DNA of 64,000 bases from an uncultured virus (IMG/VR IMGVR_UViG_3300046030_000062) (IMGVR_UViG_3300046030_000062); one strand, 5' to 3'; numbered from the stretch's first letter, positions 18,551-28,779 are shown. Notes: a model not told the origin generated them from the letters alone. Program-made: numbers and translations.

Positions 18551-19279
18551 TTAATGTGCGAGAAGCGAAAGGCGCTTCTCAAGATCGGTTACTGGTACCA
18601 TGTGTTTATTTGCTTCCGGCTTCTTCTTAGGAATCAGTCGGGAAAGCAGCGAATCAGTGACAGCCTTGCGGGAGAAAAGCATCTCCGCGTCAGCCGTATC
18701 CTCCGGGACAGATTTCTCACCATCCCTGAACAGAATCTCGTCAGCAAAGCCGAGCTTCACGGCCTCCTTGGCGTTCATCCATGTCTCAGCATCCATGAGC
18801 TGTGAAATCTTGTGGCGGGAAAGCCCGGACTTGATTTCGTAGGCATTCATAATGGATTCCTTGACTTCGTTTAACATGTCGATGGCTTTCTGCATTTCCT
18901 CGGTATCACCGATGGCGATGGTCGCAGGGTTGTGTACCATCATCATGGCCACGGGGCTCATGCAGACCTTTGTTCCGGCCATAGCAATAACAGATGCCGC
19001 CGAAGCAGCAAGAGCGTCAATCTTGACCGTCACATCATGCGGGTAATCCATCAGCATGTTGTAGATCTGCGCAGCAGCAAAAACATCACCGCCCGGAGAG
19101 TTGATCCAGAGGGTGATGTTTCCATCGCCTGCATGCAGTTCATCACTAAATAGCTTGGGTGTTACTTCGTCGCCGAACCATGTCTCATCGGAAATTTCCC
19201 CGTCGAGGTAGAGTGTTCGGTCGGAGCCAAAACTGTCCGGCTCCTCGTTTCGCACCCAGTTCCAAAACTTTCTGGTCAT
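18551..19279 (-). CDS. ClpP-type prohead protease
   Basis: INSPGGDV, ASAAS, MMVHNP, ETWM motifs. Confidence 0.93.
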   Translation of the reverse strand: MTRKFWNWVRNEEPDSFGSDRTLYLDGEISDETWFGDEVTPKLFSDELHAGDGNITLWINSPGGDVFAAAQIYNMLMDYPHDVTVKIDALAASAASVIAMAGTKVCMSPVAMMMVHNPATIAIGDTEEMQKAIDMLNEVKESIMNAYEIKSGLSRHKISQLMDAETWMNAKEAVKLGFADEILFRDGEKSVPEDTADAEMLFSRKAVTDSLLSRLIPKKKPEANKHMVPVTDLEKRLSLLAH

Positions 19280-20604
19280 AGTGCCTCCTTCTTTCTGAAC
19301 CGGGTGCGCCCGTCTTCGGGTTCCGGTTCGGTTTGTGTTTCCTTCGTTTCATCAGCTTCCTCCTGCGTCTGTGCCGAGACCGCAAAAATGCCTGCGTCCT
19401 TGAGCTTGGTCATATTGCCATTGATCAGGTACAGGTCGCCGCCTTCCTCCTCCGGAATACGGTCGAGGTTTTCAAGCTCCCTAATATCGTTAGCGGACAT
19501 CCAGCCATTCTGACGTCCGACCGCATAACCGTTCATGCGGCTCTGGTAGTCGCCTCTGAGAAGCCCGTCCACATTGAACTTAAAGAAGTATTCCTTCTTT
19601 TCATCCAGAGAGAGCAGGGCTCTCTGCATGGACTGTTCCCAGCGGCATACCCACGGGTCGAGCGTGTATTTTACGAATTCCAGCGACTGTTGCTCGATAT
19701 TTGAGAAGCTCGATTTCTCAAGGTCGCCGATCATGTGAGGCGGGATGCGGAAGATACGTGCGATCTCATTGATCTGGAACTTCCTTGTCTCCAAAAACTG
19801 CGCCTGTTCCGGTGAGATGGAGATAGGCGTATATTTCATACCTTCCTCCAGCACGGCTACCTTGTTAGCATTAGAGCTGCCGCCGAAGGCAGAGTTCCAG
19901 CTTTCTCTAACACGCTCCGGATCTTTAACCACACCGGGATGCTCCAAGATGCCGCCGGGAGTCGCACCGTTTGCAAAAAACTTAGCTCCGTATTCTTCGC
20001 AGGCTATTGCCATGCCGATGGCATTCTTAGCCATTGCAATCGGGCTGTAGCCCACAAGACCGTCAAAGCCAAGGCCGGGAACATGCAGTACGTCGGACGG
20101 CTGGAGCCTCACACGACTGCCGTTCATCGTGTGCGCTTCGTCCTGCGATGTTTGGTATTCGTAATAAAGCTCTCCGTTTTCATCACGGTTGACCGTCATA
20201 CGATTTGGCATCAAAGGATAGAGCGCGACCACTTCACCTTTGCCGTTCCGAATGATCTGCGCGTAGGCGTTTCCCCACAGGAGTAGATGCGTCATCAATG
20301 TTTCCCGGAATACAAAGGATGTCATTTCCGGATTTGGCTCATCGTGAAGCAGGAAGTATAGCGGATGATTTATCGCTTTTTCCTTGCTGCCGCCTTCGCC
20401 GTATCGATAGAGGTGTATCGGCAGGCCTGCAATTGCCTCGGACAGAATCCTCACGCAGGAGTAGACCGCCGTCATCTGCATGGCGGAGCGCTCCGTTACA
20501 GCCTTGCCGGAGGTCGTCCCGCCGAAGAAGAAGCGGTAGGAGCTTCCGGTTGTTGAATTGGTAGGCTTATCTCTTGAACGAAACAGTCCTGAAAATATGC
20601 TCAT
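19276..20604 (-). CDS. Portal protein, HK97 family
   Basis: AVYSCV, LLWGNAY, G.SPI, IARIFRIPP; likely start ATG 20604. Confidence 0.95.
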   Translation of the reverse strand: MSIFSGLFRSRDKPTNSTTGSSYRFFFGGTTSGKAVTERSAMQMTAVYSCVRILSEAIAGLPIHLYRYGEGGSKEKAINHPLYFLLHDEPNPEMTSFVFRETLMTHLLLWGNAYAQIIRNGKGEVVALYPLMPNRMTVNRDENGELYYEYQTSQDEAHTMNGSRVRLQPSDVLHVPGLGFDGLVGYSPIAMAKNAIGMAIACEEYGAKFFANGATPGGILEHPGVVKDPERVRESWNSAFGGSSNANKVAVLEEGMKYTPISISPEQAQFLETRKFQINEIARIFRIPPHMIGDLEKSSFSNIEQQSLEFVKYTLDPWVCRWEQSMQRALLSLDEKKEYFFKFNVDGLLRGDYQSRMNGYAVGRQNGWMSANDIRELENLDRIPEEEGGDLYLINGNMTKLKDAGIFAVSAQTQEEADETKETQTEPEPEDGRTRFRKKEAL

Positions 20605-20620
20605 ATTGATCACCTGCCTT

Positions 20621-22228
20621 TCAGATAAATAAAATGCCTCTGTCGTCATAGACAGAAGCACCGTTGTCATTGCCGCAGCGGATCGCACGGTCAAGCGCCA
20701 TGATGGTGGCGATGGCTCCGTCGATCTTCTCTGTAGATTTTTCCTTGTCAGCCTTGATATTTCCGGCTGGGTCAGTACGGATGAAGATGTTATCCATATT
20801 CCAGCGGAGAACAGGATGACCGCCGTGGGCGAGCTTTTGCTCAAGTGTCAGCTTCATGAGCTCCTTTGTGGGAGGACTCATATCCTTAAAGCCCTGTCCG
20901 AAGGGCACGACTGTAAAGCCCATGTTCTCCAAGTTCTGAACCATCTGGACTGCTCCCCAGCGGTCGAATGCGATCTCACGGATATTGAAGTGCTCGCCGA
21001 GGCGTTCGATGAATTTCTCGATATAACCATAATGGATGACGTTGCCTTCGGTAGTCTGCAGCACGCCTTCCTTCTCCCAAGTATCGTAGGGCACATGATC
21101 GCGTCTCACGCGAAGATCCAGCGTATCCTCTGGCACCCAGAAGTACGGGAGGATCACATACTTGTCGTCTTCATCCCGTGGCGGGAATACCAGCACAAAA
21201 GATGTAATATCCGTAGTGGAGGACAGGTCAAGACCGCCATAGCAGACACGGCCTTCGAGGTCATCCTCATTGACTGGAAAGGCACAGGCGTCCCATTTAT
21301 CCATTGGCATCCAGCGGACAGCCTGCTTTACCCATTGATTAAGGCGCAGCTGCCTGAAGGAATTCTCTTCACCGGGGTTTTGCTTTGCCGATTCGCAGGC
21401 CGCTTCCACCTTGTCAATGCCGACCGTGATACCGAGAGAGGGGTTTGCCTTTTTCCACACTTCCGGATCAGTCCAGTCCTCGTCAGGTTCCGCACCGTAA
21501 ATGACCGGATAGAAGGTTGGATCGACCTTCCTGCCGTCGAGGATGTCCTGCGCTTTCTGGTGGACTTCATAGCAGATGGTGTTTGTATCATTTCCGGCTG
21601 TGGTAATCAGGAAATACAGCGGCTGCATTCTGGCATCGCCGGAGCCCTTTGTCATTACATCAAAGAGTTTCCGGTTCGGTTGGGTGTGCAGCTCATCGAA
21701 TACCACGCCGTGGATATTAAAGCCGTGCTTACTGTAGGCCTCAGCGGAGAGCACCTGATAGAAGCTGTTGGTAGGCTCATAGATGATCCGTTTCTGGGAG
21801 GCCAGTATTTTGACGCGCCGATTAAGCGCCGGGCACATCCTTACCATATCCGCAGCAACATCAAAAACGATGGTGGCCTGCTGTCTATCGGCAGCGCAGC
21901 CGTAGACTTCGGCGCGTTCCTCACCGTCACCGCAGCAAAGAAGCAGGGCGACCGCGGCAGCCAGCTCTGACTTTCCCATCTTCTTTGGAATTTCGATGTA
22001 GGCCGTATTGAACTGACGGTAACCGTTCGGCTTCAGGACACCGAACAGGTCGCGGATGATTCGTTCCTGCCAGTCGATGAGCTCGAAGGGTTTTCCTGCC
22101 CATGTGCCTTTGGTGTGGGTGAGCTGCTCGATGAACATCACAGCGAAGTCCGCCATCTGCTTGCTGTAGTGAGAAGTCTCTGCCATGAAGCGGGTCGGCT
22201 TATAGTTTTTCAGTTTTCGCATTGGCAC
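20621..22228 (-). CDS. Terminase large subunit
   Basis: PKKMGKS Walker A, VFDELH Walker B, GGLDLS nuclease motif, KIDG. Confidence 0.96.
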   Translation of the reverse strand: MPMRKLKNYKPTRFMAETSHYSKQMADFAVMFIEQLTHTKGTWAGKPFELIDWQERIIRDLFGVLKPNGYRQFNTAYIEIPKKMGKSELAAAVALLLCCGDGEERAEVYGCAADRQQATIVFDVAADMVRMCPALNRRVKILASQKRIIYEPTNSFYQVLSAEAYSKHGFNIHGVVFDELHTQPNRKLFDVMTKGSGDARMQPLYFLITTAGNDTNTICYEVHQKAQDILDGRKVDPTFYPVIYGAEPDEDWTDPEVWKKANPSLGITVGIDKVEAACESAKQNPGEENSFRQLRLNQWVKQAVRWMPMDKWDACAFPVNEDDLEGRVCYGGLDLSSTTDITSFVLVFPPRDEDDKYVILPYFWVPEDTLDLRVRRDHVPYDTWEKEGVLQTTEGNVIHYGYIEKFIERLGEHFNIREIAFDRWGAVQMVQNLENMGFTVVPFGQGFKDMSPPTKELMKLTLEQKLAHGGHPVLRWNMDNIFIRTDPAGNIKADKEKSTEKIDGAIATIMALDRAIRCGNDNGASVYDDRGILFI

Positions 22229-22345
22229 GATGGCCGCCTCCTTTCAGGGCAAAATAAAAGACCGCCATAGCGATCCGGTATCAGTACGAGAGAAAGAGCC
22301 TTCTGGCTCAGTCTCCCGGAATATTCATATTCAGGGTTTTAATGC

Positions 22346-22594
22346 TTAGTTGTGGTTCTCCAGCAGGATGCAAAGCGCCATCTCTGCTTCCTTACAGGTG
22401 GGATGAATGTCCCAGCCTCTGTCGTAGTTGCAAACGGTCTCGCCGTCAATCTTGATCATGAGCTTGCTGATCCTGCCGCCGTTGATGCCGTAGGTCTCGC
22501 TTGGCTCATCGTAGTGCTTTACCCAGTAGTGACACTTGGTGTATTTTTCCTTGTCCTTGGCATCCGGGATGCCAATAACTCCTTCGCTCCACAT
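22346..22594 (-). CDS. Hypothetical phage protein (moron)
   Basis: GINGGRISKL...NYDRGWD motif; RBS present. Confidence 0.7.
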   Translation of the reverse strand: MWSEGVIGIPDAKDKEKYTKCHYWVKHYDEPSETYGINGGRISKLMIKIDGETVCNYDRGWDIHPTCKEAEMALCILLENHN

Positions 22595-22598
22595 TTCC

Positions 22599-22964
22599 TT
22601 ACGCCTCCTTTACCGTCATCTTGAAGGCCGGGATGAGGGCGTGTTCGTCGCTTCCGAAGTGGGTGTAGCGCTCCTTGACCTTTACAATTCCGTCCAGTGT
22701 GCAGCCGAGCTCCTCAAACTTTGCAATGGTCTCGATAAGGCTTGAGAATGTGGAGCTGATGGTGAATTCCTTTACTCCGAGCCTCTGGCAATCTGCAAGG
22801 ATCGCTTCGATGTCGTAATCCCAGATGACTTCGGCGAAGTTCGGCAGGTCGTTTCCGGCTTCCTTACTGTAAAGGTAGGCCTGTCCCAGTGTCCGCTGGC
22901 ATCCGATCTCTTCCCAGCGCATTCCGGGCTTCGCGTTTTCTATGGCTTCGATTGTGTACTTCAT
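22599..22964 (-). CDS. Hypothetical phage protein (moron)
   Basis: RBS AGGAGG; motif B directly upstream. Confidence 0.7.
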   Translation of the reverse strand: MKYTIEAIENAKPGMRWEEIGCQRTLGQAYLYSKEAGNDLPNFAEVIWDYDIEAILADCQRLGVKEFTISSTFSSLIETIAKFEELGCTLDGIVKVKERYTHFGSDEHALIPAFKMTVKEA

Positions 22965-23009
22965 GGTGGTTCCTCCTTGTGGTTGTTTTCCCTTTTGGTA
23001 TGTACATAT

Positions 23010-23036
23010 ATCACTCTGAACGCCTGTAATAGCAAG
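23010..23036 (-). promoter_or_regulatory. Motif B copy
   Basis: CTTG-N15-AGAGTGAT, intergenic. Confidence 0.65.
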
Positions 23037-23095
23037 CTATTTATCGAAATATATGTGACAATCCTGCGGGAACATTTGAGGCCTAATTGTGTAGT

Positions 23096-23272
23096 TTATG
23101 CCTCGCCGGACATGATGAATTTCACGTATTCAGACCGGTGATCCTCAAGGTATAAAACCAGCTCGTAGAAGTCTCTCTCATAGGCCAGCCGCTGCACCGT
23201 GTTCACATCGAACATATTTGTAAGGCCGGTATCCCGTATGGCGAGGATCTGCTCCTTTACCTTTTCACCCAT
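23096..23272 (-). CDS. DUF5049-like small protein
   Basis: EQILAIRDTGLTNMFD motif. Confidence 0.7.
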   Translation of the reverse strand: MGEKVKEQILAIRDTGLTNMFDVNTVQRLAYERDFYELVLYLEDHRSEYVKFIMSGEA

Positions 23273-23273
23273 A

Positions 23274-23498
23274 TCAGTCCACCACCTTCCGCACACGGTC
23301 GATGCCGTAGATGACATTCAGGCCGGAGCCGTTGTCCCAGTTCACCATGAGGCTGCCGGTATCGTCGACTCCCGTAACGGTTCCCTTGGTGCCGATAGGC
23401 GGAGCCTGCACATCGTCCATCTGGAGAAGTTCCACGCGGGTGCCTGCCGGGTAGTGGGAGCGGAGCGCTTCAAGCTGCTCTTTTGTGATCATTCGCAT
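23274..23498 (-). CDS. DUF4314-like protein
   Basis: YPAGTRVEL..MDD..APP.GT.GTV..VDD.G...V.WDNGS.L motif. Confidence 0.8.
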   Translation of the reverse strand: MRMITKEQLEALRSHYPAGTRVELLQMDDVQAPPIGTKGTVTGVDDTGSLMVNWDNGSGLNVIYGIDRVRKVVD

Positions 23499-24157
23499 GC
23501 TGCCACCTCCTTTTCCGGTGCGCCGTTCTTCCAGCTGGAGTTGCCGGAGAGATTCTTAAGGAGAATCTTGCGCTCTGCCTTATATTCGTTTCCGATGAAG
23601 CCAAGCCGCAGGAGAAAGCAGCGGAATGCGTACTTCTCGTTGTCAACTTCCTTTTCAGTGGCACTGATGCGCTTCAAATCCCGGCTCATCTTGCCAAGGG
23701 ATGCAATGAAGTGGGTGTAGGCCTTGACCACGTCCGGCTCCGGCATCTCAGTAAACCAAGGAAAGCTGACCGTATCCTCTGTGACCTCGATGCCAAGGTC
23801 GTCAATGCCGAGTGCCTTCTTGATGAGGCTTTCCTTGGCTGTGAGGAGGTTGGTGAGGTTTCCGACCGCCACCTTGTCGATCGGGAGGCTGACTGTAAGG
23901 CCAGTGGCTTCATCGTCGCTTTCGATCTCTTCGGTATCCTCCGGTGTGAAGCCATCCGCGATCAGGCTGTGGATGATGCGCTCCAGCTTGTCTGCGTCCT
24001 CGCAGGTTACGCTGCCTTCCTTGTCGACCGTGACGTCGCCGATCTCGTAAGCGCAGGTCGGCATACGCATGTAGATCGCCTTGTCGCCGGTGAGGTTTTC
24101 GATGGCTGCGACCAATGCTTTTCTGTCGTTTCCGGTTACGTTGTAATTTGCTTTCAT
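23489..24157 (-). CDS. Conserved hypothetical phage protein
   Basis: NEKYAFRCFLLRLGFIG...RKILL.NLSGNSSW motif common in Firmicutes prophages. Confidence 0.75.
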   Translation of the reverse strand: MKANYNVTGNDRKALVAAIENLTGDKAIYMRMPTCAYEIGDVTVDKEGSVTCEDADKLERIIHSLIADGFTPEDTEEIESDDEATGLTVSLPIDKVAVGNLTNLLTAKESLIKKALGIDDLGIEVTEDTVSFPWFTEMPEPDVVKAYTHFIASLGKMSRDLKRISATEKEVDNEKYAFRCFLLRLGFIGNEYKAERKILLKNLSGNSSWKNGAPEKEVAACE

Positions 24158-24217
24158 GAGTGTGTTCCTCCTTTGTGAAATTAAGGTTTTAGGCTGTGCC
24201 TTTTGGCATGTATATAC

Positions 24218-24244
24218 ATCACTCTGAAAGCCTTATTTATCAAG
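24218..24244 (-). promoter_or_regulatory. Motif B copy
   Basis: CTTG-N15-AGAGTGAT, intergenic. Confidence 0.65.
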
Positions 24245-24303
24245 CGATTTCCGACATTTTCTGAGGTAGAAAATTGCCGAAGAATCCGGGCAGAAATTGT
24301 GTA

Positions 24304-25569
24304 TTATACACCCGCCGTCGGAGAAGTCTCGACTTCCTTTGCCAGAGCGGAATAGAGGAGCTTTTCGCCGTTCCTTATTACATACACATTTTCCTCATCG
24401 CCGGTATCCTCCACGTAACGGCGAAGGATGACAGAGGCGTATTTCGGATCGAGCTCCATCATGTAACAGACGCGGTTCAGCTGCTCGCAGGCCATCAGTG
24501 TGGAACCGGAGCCGCCGAAGGTATCAATAACTACAGAATTTTCCTGAGAGGAGTTCTGGATGGGATAGCCCAGAAGATCCAGCGGCTTGCTGGTCGGGTG
24601 ATCCTTATTGCGCTTTGGTTTATCGTAGTTCCAGATGGTGGTCTGCTTGCGGTCGGAATACCACGGGTGCTTGCCGTTTTGCAAAAAACCATAGAGCACA
24701 GGTTCATGCTGCCATTGATAATCGGATCGACCGAGCACGAGGCTGTTCTTTACCCAGATACACACACCGGCGAGATGGAAACCTGCGTCAATGAATGCCT
24801 TTCGGAAAGTGAGCCCTTCAGTATCCGCGTGGAAGCAGTAAGCGGCTCCGCCTTTTTCGAGGTGGTCAGCCATGTTCTTAAACGCTGCCAGCAGGAACTT
24901 GTAAAATTCCTCGCCCTTGAGAGAGTCGTTCTTGATCGTAAGACCATCCGAGGCTTTGAAGGATACGCCGTAGGGCGGATCGGTCAGAACAAGGTTTGCA
25001 TTCTTGCCGTCCATGAGCTTTTCCACATCTTCCGGAGAGGTGGCATCTCCACACATGACTCTATGCTTGCCAACCGTCCAGATGTCGCCGGGCTCTACGA
25101 AGGAAGCTTTCTCAAGGGCAGCGGTGAGGTCAAAATCATCATCGGCGATGTCCTTTTCGCTTCCGGTGCCGAGCAGTTTATCCAGCTCACCGGCATCAAA
25201 GCCGAGGAGAGATAGGTCAAAGGACTGATCCTGCAGATCAGACAATTCGACCGACAGCATTTCCTCATCCCAGCCTGCGTTGAGCGCCAGCTGATTATCC
25301 GCAAGGATATACGCACGCTTTTGTGCTTCCGTCAGGTTTTCTGCAAAGACGCAGGGCACGGTTTCATATCCTTCCTCGCGGGCAGCCGTAATGCGACCGT
25401 GGCCGACGAGGATGTTATAGTCCGCATCAATGACAGCAGGACTCACAAAGCCGAACTCCCTGAGAGAAGCCCGGAGCTGTGCGATCTGCTCCTTGCTATG
25501 TGTCCGGGCATTCCGGGCGTAGGGCACCAGTTTATCAATAGGTACCTGTTCTAATTTCTGTGTGTTCAT
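24304..25569 (-). CDS. ParB-like domain + N6/N4 DNA methyltransferase
   Basis: PYARNAR, GHGR (ParB); TDPPY, HPTSKP, DTFGGSGST (beta-class MTase). Confidence 0.92.
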   Translation of the reverse strand: MNTQKLEQVPIDKLVPYARNARTHSKEQIAQLRASLREFGFVSPAVIDADYNILVGHGRITAAREEGYETVPCVFAENLTEAQKRAYILADNQLALNAGWDEEMLSVELSDLQDQSFDLSLLGFDAGELDKLLGTGSEKDIADDDFDLTAALEKASFVEPGDIWTVGKHRVMCGDATSPEDVEKLMDGKNANLVLTDPPYGVSFKASDGLTIKNDSLKGEEFYKFLLAAFKNMADHLEKGGAAYCFHADTEGLTFRKAFIDAGFHLAGVCIWVKNSLVLGRSDYQWQHEPVLYGFLQNGKHPWYSDRKQTTIWNYDKPKRNKDHPTSKPLDLLGYPIQNSSQENSVVIDTFGGSGSTLMACEQLNRVCYMMELDPKYASVILRRYVEDTGDEENVYVIRNGEKLLYSALAKEVETSPTAGV

Positions 25570-26151
25570 TTACATATTCCTCCTGCTTCGAAGCAGCTGC
25601 TCCATCACGCTGTCCTGCGGACTACCTTCAAATGGCTCGGTGCAGTTTTGCTTCACAATGTCGTAAATCTCATACCAGAGCAGGTTGGCCTGCTTCTGAA
25701 AATTCATCAAAAGCTGTGTGAATGGGCTCGCAATTGCAGCGCCGGTGGTCGGGTGCTTTCCGAGCATGCCGTATTTGCTGACAGCTTCGGAGCACTGGAT
25801 ATACCGGGCAAAGGCCTCAGAGTAGCTTTCAAGCAGGCGCTTGTTTACCAGCCTCTCGCAGCCGCGCTCCTTGAGCCACAGCCATGTTTCCTTATAGATT
25901 TCATCTGCACCGAGGGGCTTACCGTCCTTCTGAAGAGCAGAGAGGTAATCATCCGGGCTTGGCATATCCATGCCTTCCAGCTCCACGCCGTCACCGATGT
26001 CGTCAACATCGAAGTCGGTCATGTCGTCAGTGAAGTCCGGCAGCTCCATACGCTTTGCAGGTGCGCCTTTCATAATTTTGTCGGCGAGGGCGTCCGGCTT
26101 GGAGCCAGCTTTGACACGCCGCCCGCCGCGATAGGTTCCGTCTTTCGCCAT
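25570..26151 (-). CDS. Terminase small subunit (P27-like)
   Basis: RGG.R..AG.KP N-terminus; follows HNH and the cos-like region. Confidence 0.8.
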   Translation of the reverse strand: MAKDGTYRGGRRVKAGSKPDALADKIMKGAPAKRMELPDFTDDMTDFDVDDIGDGVELEGMDMPSPDDYLSALQKDGKPLGADEIYKETWLWLKERGCERLVNKRLLESYSEAFARYIQCSEAVSKYGMLGKHPTTGAAIASPFTQLLMNFQKQANLLWYEIYDIVKQNCTEPFEGSPQDSVMEQLLRSRRNM

Positions 26152-26199
26152 GTCGATCACTTCCATTTCTGTGGTGCAGGGTTTAATACCCTGTTTGAA

Positions 26200-26272
26200 T
26201 TGCAATTTTTGCGTAAAAGACCCCGCGCCGTTTTCCGGGGAAAAGGGTCGTAGAGATTTTGACCGCCCTACC
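26200..26272 (-). other. Putative cos/packaging initiation region
   Basis: Non-coding gap between HNH and terS with GGGCGGTCAAAATCTCT...GGCGCGGGG; this is the usual position in HK97-like cos phages (inference). Confidence 0.5.
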
Positions 26273-26615
26273 GGTCGCCGCGCTCGCGGTGAATCTTCTC
26301 GTGACACGAACGACAAAGACTCATGAGGTTGGACTCGTCATTCGATCCTCCCTCAGCAAGCGGCACGATGTGGTGGACTTCCTCGACCGCGACGTAGCGT
26401 CCTTCCTTTAAGCACTGTTCACAAAGCGGGTGCTTGTGGACGTAGCGGTCACGGATTCGTTTCCAAGCTCTGCCGTAGCGTTTGCCGGGAGAGTAGCCGC
26501 GCTGGAACTTCTCATAGTGCTGTTCCATAACCTTGGCGTGCTCCTCACAATAAACGCCGTCCGTCAGGTGTGGGCATCCGGGATAGCGGCACGGTCGTTG
26601 TGGTTTTCTTGGCAT
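26268..26615 (-). CDS. HNH endonuclease (packaging-associated)
   Basis: PLCEQC, VHHIVP, NLMSLCRSCH. Confidence 0.93.
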   Translation of the reverse strand: MPRKPQRPCRYPGCPHLTDGVYCEEHAKVMEQHYEKFQRGYSPGKRYGRAWKRIRDRYVHKHPLCEQCLKEGRYVAVEEVHHIVPLAEGGSNDESNLMSLCRSCHEKIHRERGDR

Positions 26616-26713
26616 AAGCCGTGCCTCCTTTCAGGGCATAAAGAAAGCCCTGCAGGATGATCCCGCAAGGCTCGTGGGCTGCGCGTGCAGCTGTATCTTT
26701 ATTCTTTTCGCTG

Positions 26714-26775
26714 ATTATATACTACCATATTGGGCGGGTGGACATCTTAGGACAAAGCAGGACATTTCGGGCGCA
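26714..26775 (-). promoter_or_regulatory. Late promoter: three TGTCC repeats at 10-bp spacing upstream of TATAAT
   Basis: GGACA at 26740, 26750 and 26760; ATTATA at 26714-26719; directly downstream of the ArpU/RinA-like gene. Confidence 0.7.
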
Positions 26776-26777
26776 TT

Positions 26778-27206
26778 TCAAATTACAATCGGATCATCCG
26801 GGAGCGTCACATGAAGTAGCGCCTTGCCGTGCCAGCGACGAATGGTGCGGGCGTCTGCACAAAGCTCCATCCCGATCTGCTCCCATGTATAGTTATGGAT
26901 GTAGCGGTACTTTAATACCATGCGTTCGTCGGTATCCGGAACGGCCTCAATGACCTCCCGTATCTGTTTCTTAAGGTCAGAGAGCAATTCCAGCTCACTG
27001 GCGATTTTCTTTTCCAGTGCCCAGAGCTTTTCAAGCGTCCGGACAAAGGGTGCTTCTGTATTCCGCGATGTCTGCACGCGGTCTTTATCATATTGGATAG
27101 CCGACACGCTGCCTGCCATCTCTCGCAGGTTTTGTGCTTCCATTGTGTCGGACTTGATTCTCTGATCAAGGCGGTAGGCCTGATGCAGATATTCTTTTAT
27201 GGTCAT
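26778..27206 (-). CDS. ArpU/RinA-like late transcriptional activator
   Basis: KEYL.QAY, VL.YRYI...WEQI, RRWHGKAL C-terminal HTH; lies upstream of HNH/terS. Confidence 0.8.
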   Translation of the reverse strand: MTIKEYLHQAYRLDQRIKSDTMEAQNLREMAGSVSAIQYDKDRVQTSRNTEAPFVRTLEKLWALEKKIASELELLSDLKKQIREVIEAVPDTDERMVLKYRYIHNYTWEQIGMELCADARTIRRWHGKALLHVTLPDDPIVI

Positions 27207-27427
27207 AGGCTTTTTGCCTCCTCTCGTAGTTTTTGTATGAGATACTCGCCGTCTACACTCGTTAAGGCCTTGTACCAGCCGGAGCGGAAGAAGCGCTCAC
27301 ACTCCATTGCATCCGACATGGCGGCCTGATTACTGGGCTTCTTTTTCAGGCGCTTTAGTGCGTCCCGGTAATCCTTCACGGCCTGCAACACGATGGCATT
27401 GGCGAGATTTTCATAAGGATCAGTCAT
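27203..27427 (-). CDS. Conserved hypothetical phage protein
   Basis: YENLANAIVLQAVKDY...FFRSGW; translationally coupled. Confidence 0.75.
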   Translation of the reverse strand: MTDPYENLANAIVLQAVKDYRDALKRLKKKPSNQAAMSDAMECERFFRSGWYKALTSVDGEYLIQKLREEAKSL

Positions 27428-28779
27428 CACACCACCTCAAGGTCGGCCTTGACCGCGTCAATCAGCGCGGACTGCGTCATTTCCTTTTTGGATAGCGCCT
27501 TTACGATCCTCTCGTCGATAGTGCCCTTGGTGATGATGTGCTGGATCACCACAGTATGGGATTCTTGGCCTTGCCGCCAGAGACGGGCGTTCGTCTGCTG
27601 ATAGAGCTCCAGCGACCATGTGAGACCGAACCACACAAGGGTGGAGCCTCCGGCCTGAAGGTTTAAGCCGTGACCGGCAGAGGCCGGATGGATGACTGCT
27701 ACAGGAATCTTTCCCGCATTCCAGTCAGCAATATCGCGGCTGGTCTTGATCTCCCGGACATTGAAGCGGTTCTTGATGCGGCTAAGGTCGTGCCGGAACC
27801 AGTAGGCCACCAGAAGCGGTTTTTCATTGGCGGCCTCGATGATATCCTCCAAAGCGTCCAGCTTCCTATCATGAAACTCAATGACCTCGCCGGTATCGGC
27901 ATAGATGGCACCGTTTGCCAGCTGGGAGAGCTTGCCCGTCAGCGATGCGGCATTGGCAGCGGTCACTTCGCCGTCAGGGAGCTGTAAGATGAGCTCCTGC
28001 TTCAAATCCTCATAGCGGCTACGTTCAGAATCGGATAATTGGACTTCATATTCCGTCGATACCAGCTCCGGCATTTTCAGATGATCGGTGGATTTCATGG
28101 AAATCGTAATATCCGAAATCCTCCGGTAAATGGCGTCCTCCGCATAGGGCAGCGGCTTATAGGAGTAGATGATCTCGCCGTTACGCTTGTCCGGCATGAA
28201 GTAATTCGTCCGGTACTGCGTGATAAAGCGTCCGAGGCGCTCACCCATATCTAGAACCTTAAACTCTGCCCACAGATCCATAAGACCGTTGGAAGAAGGC
28301 GTGCCGGTAAGCCCGATAATGCGATGGAGCTTCGGTCTCACTTTCATCAGGGACTTGAAGCGCTTAGCCTTGTGGTTTTTGAAGGATGAGAGCTCGTCGA
28401 TGATCACCATATCGAAGTCGAAGGGAAAACCGGACTCGTCAATGAGCCACTGCAGGTTCTCGCGGTTGATGATCGTGATATCCGCTTGCTGCATAAGGGC
28501 TGCCTTCCGTTCCTTTGGCGTCCCGACTGCGACCGCATAGGTCAGACCGCTAAGGTGCTCCCATTTCTGGATCTCCGCTGGCCATGTGTCGCGGGCGACT
28601 CGTAAGGGCGCGACCACCAGAACGCGGTGGACTTCAAAGCTGTCAAACAAGAGGTCGTTTACTGCCGTCAGGCTGATGATCGTCTTGCCGAGTCCCATAT
28701 CCAGCAGGACTGCGGCCACAGGGTGCTTTTCGATATAGCGGATGGCATAGTCCTGATAATCATGTGGATTGAAGTTCAT
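27427..28779 (-). CDS. SNF2-like SF2 helicase
   Basis: DMGLGKT, IDELS, LTGTP, GHGLNLQ, ARLWRQGQ. Confidence 0.93.
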   Translation of the reverse strand: MNFNPHDYQDYAIRYIEKHPVAAVLLDMGLGKTIISLTAVNDLLFDSFEVHRVLVVAPLRVARDTWPAEIQKWEHLSGLTYAVAVGTPKERKAALMQQADITIINRENLQWLIDESGFPFDFDMVIIDELSSFKNHKAKRFKSLMKVRPKLHRIIGLTGTPSSNGLMDLWAEFKVLDMGERLGRFITQYRTNYFMPDKRNGEIIYSYKPLPYAEDAIYRRISDITISMKSTDHLKMPELVSTEYEVQLSDSERSRYEDLKQELILQLPDGEVTAANAASLTGKLSQLANGAIYADTGEVIEFHDRKLDALEDIIEAANEKPLLVAYWFRHDLSRIKNRFNVREIKTSRDIADWNAGKIPVAVIHPASAGHGLNLQAGGSTLVWFGLTWSLELYQQTNARLWRQGQESHTVVIQHIITKGTIDERIVKALSKKEMTQSALIDAVKADLEVV

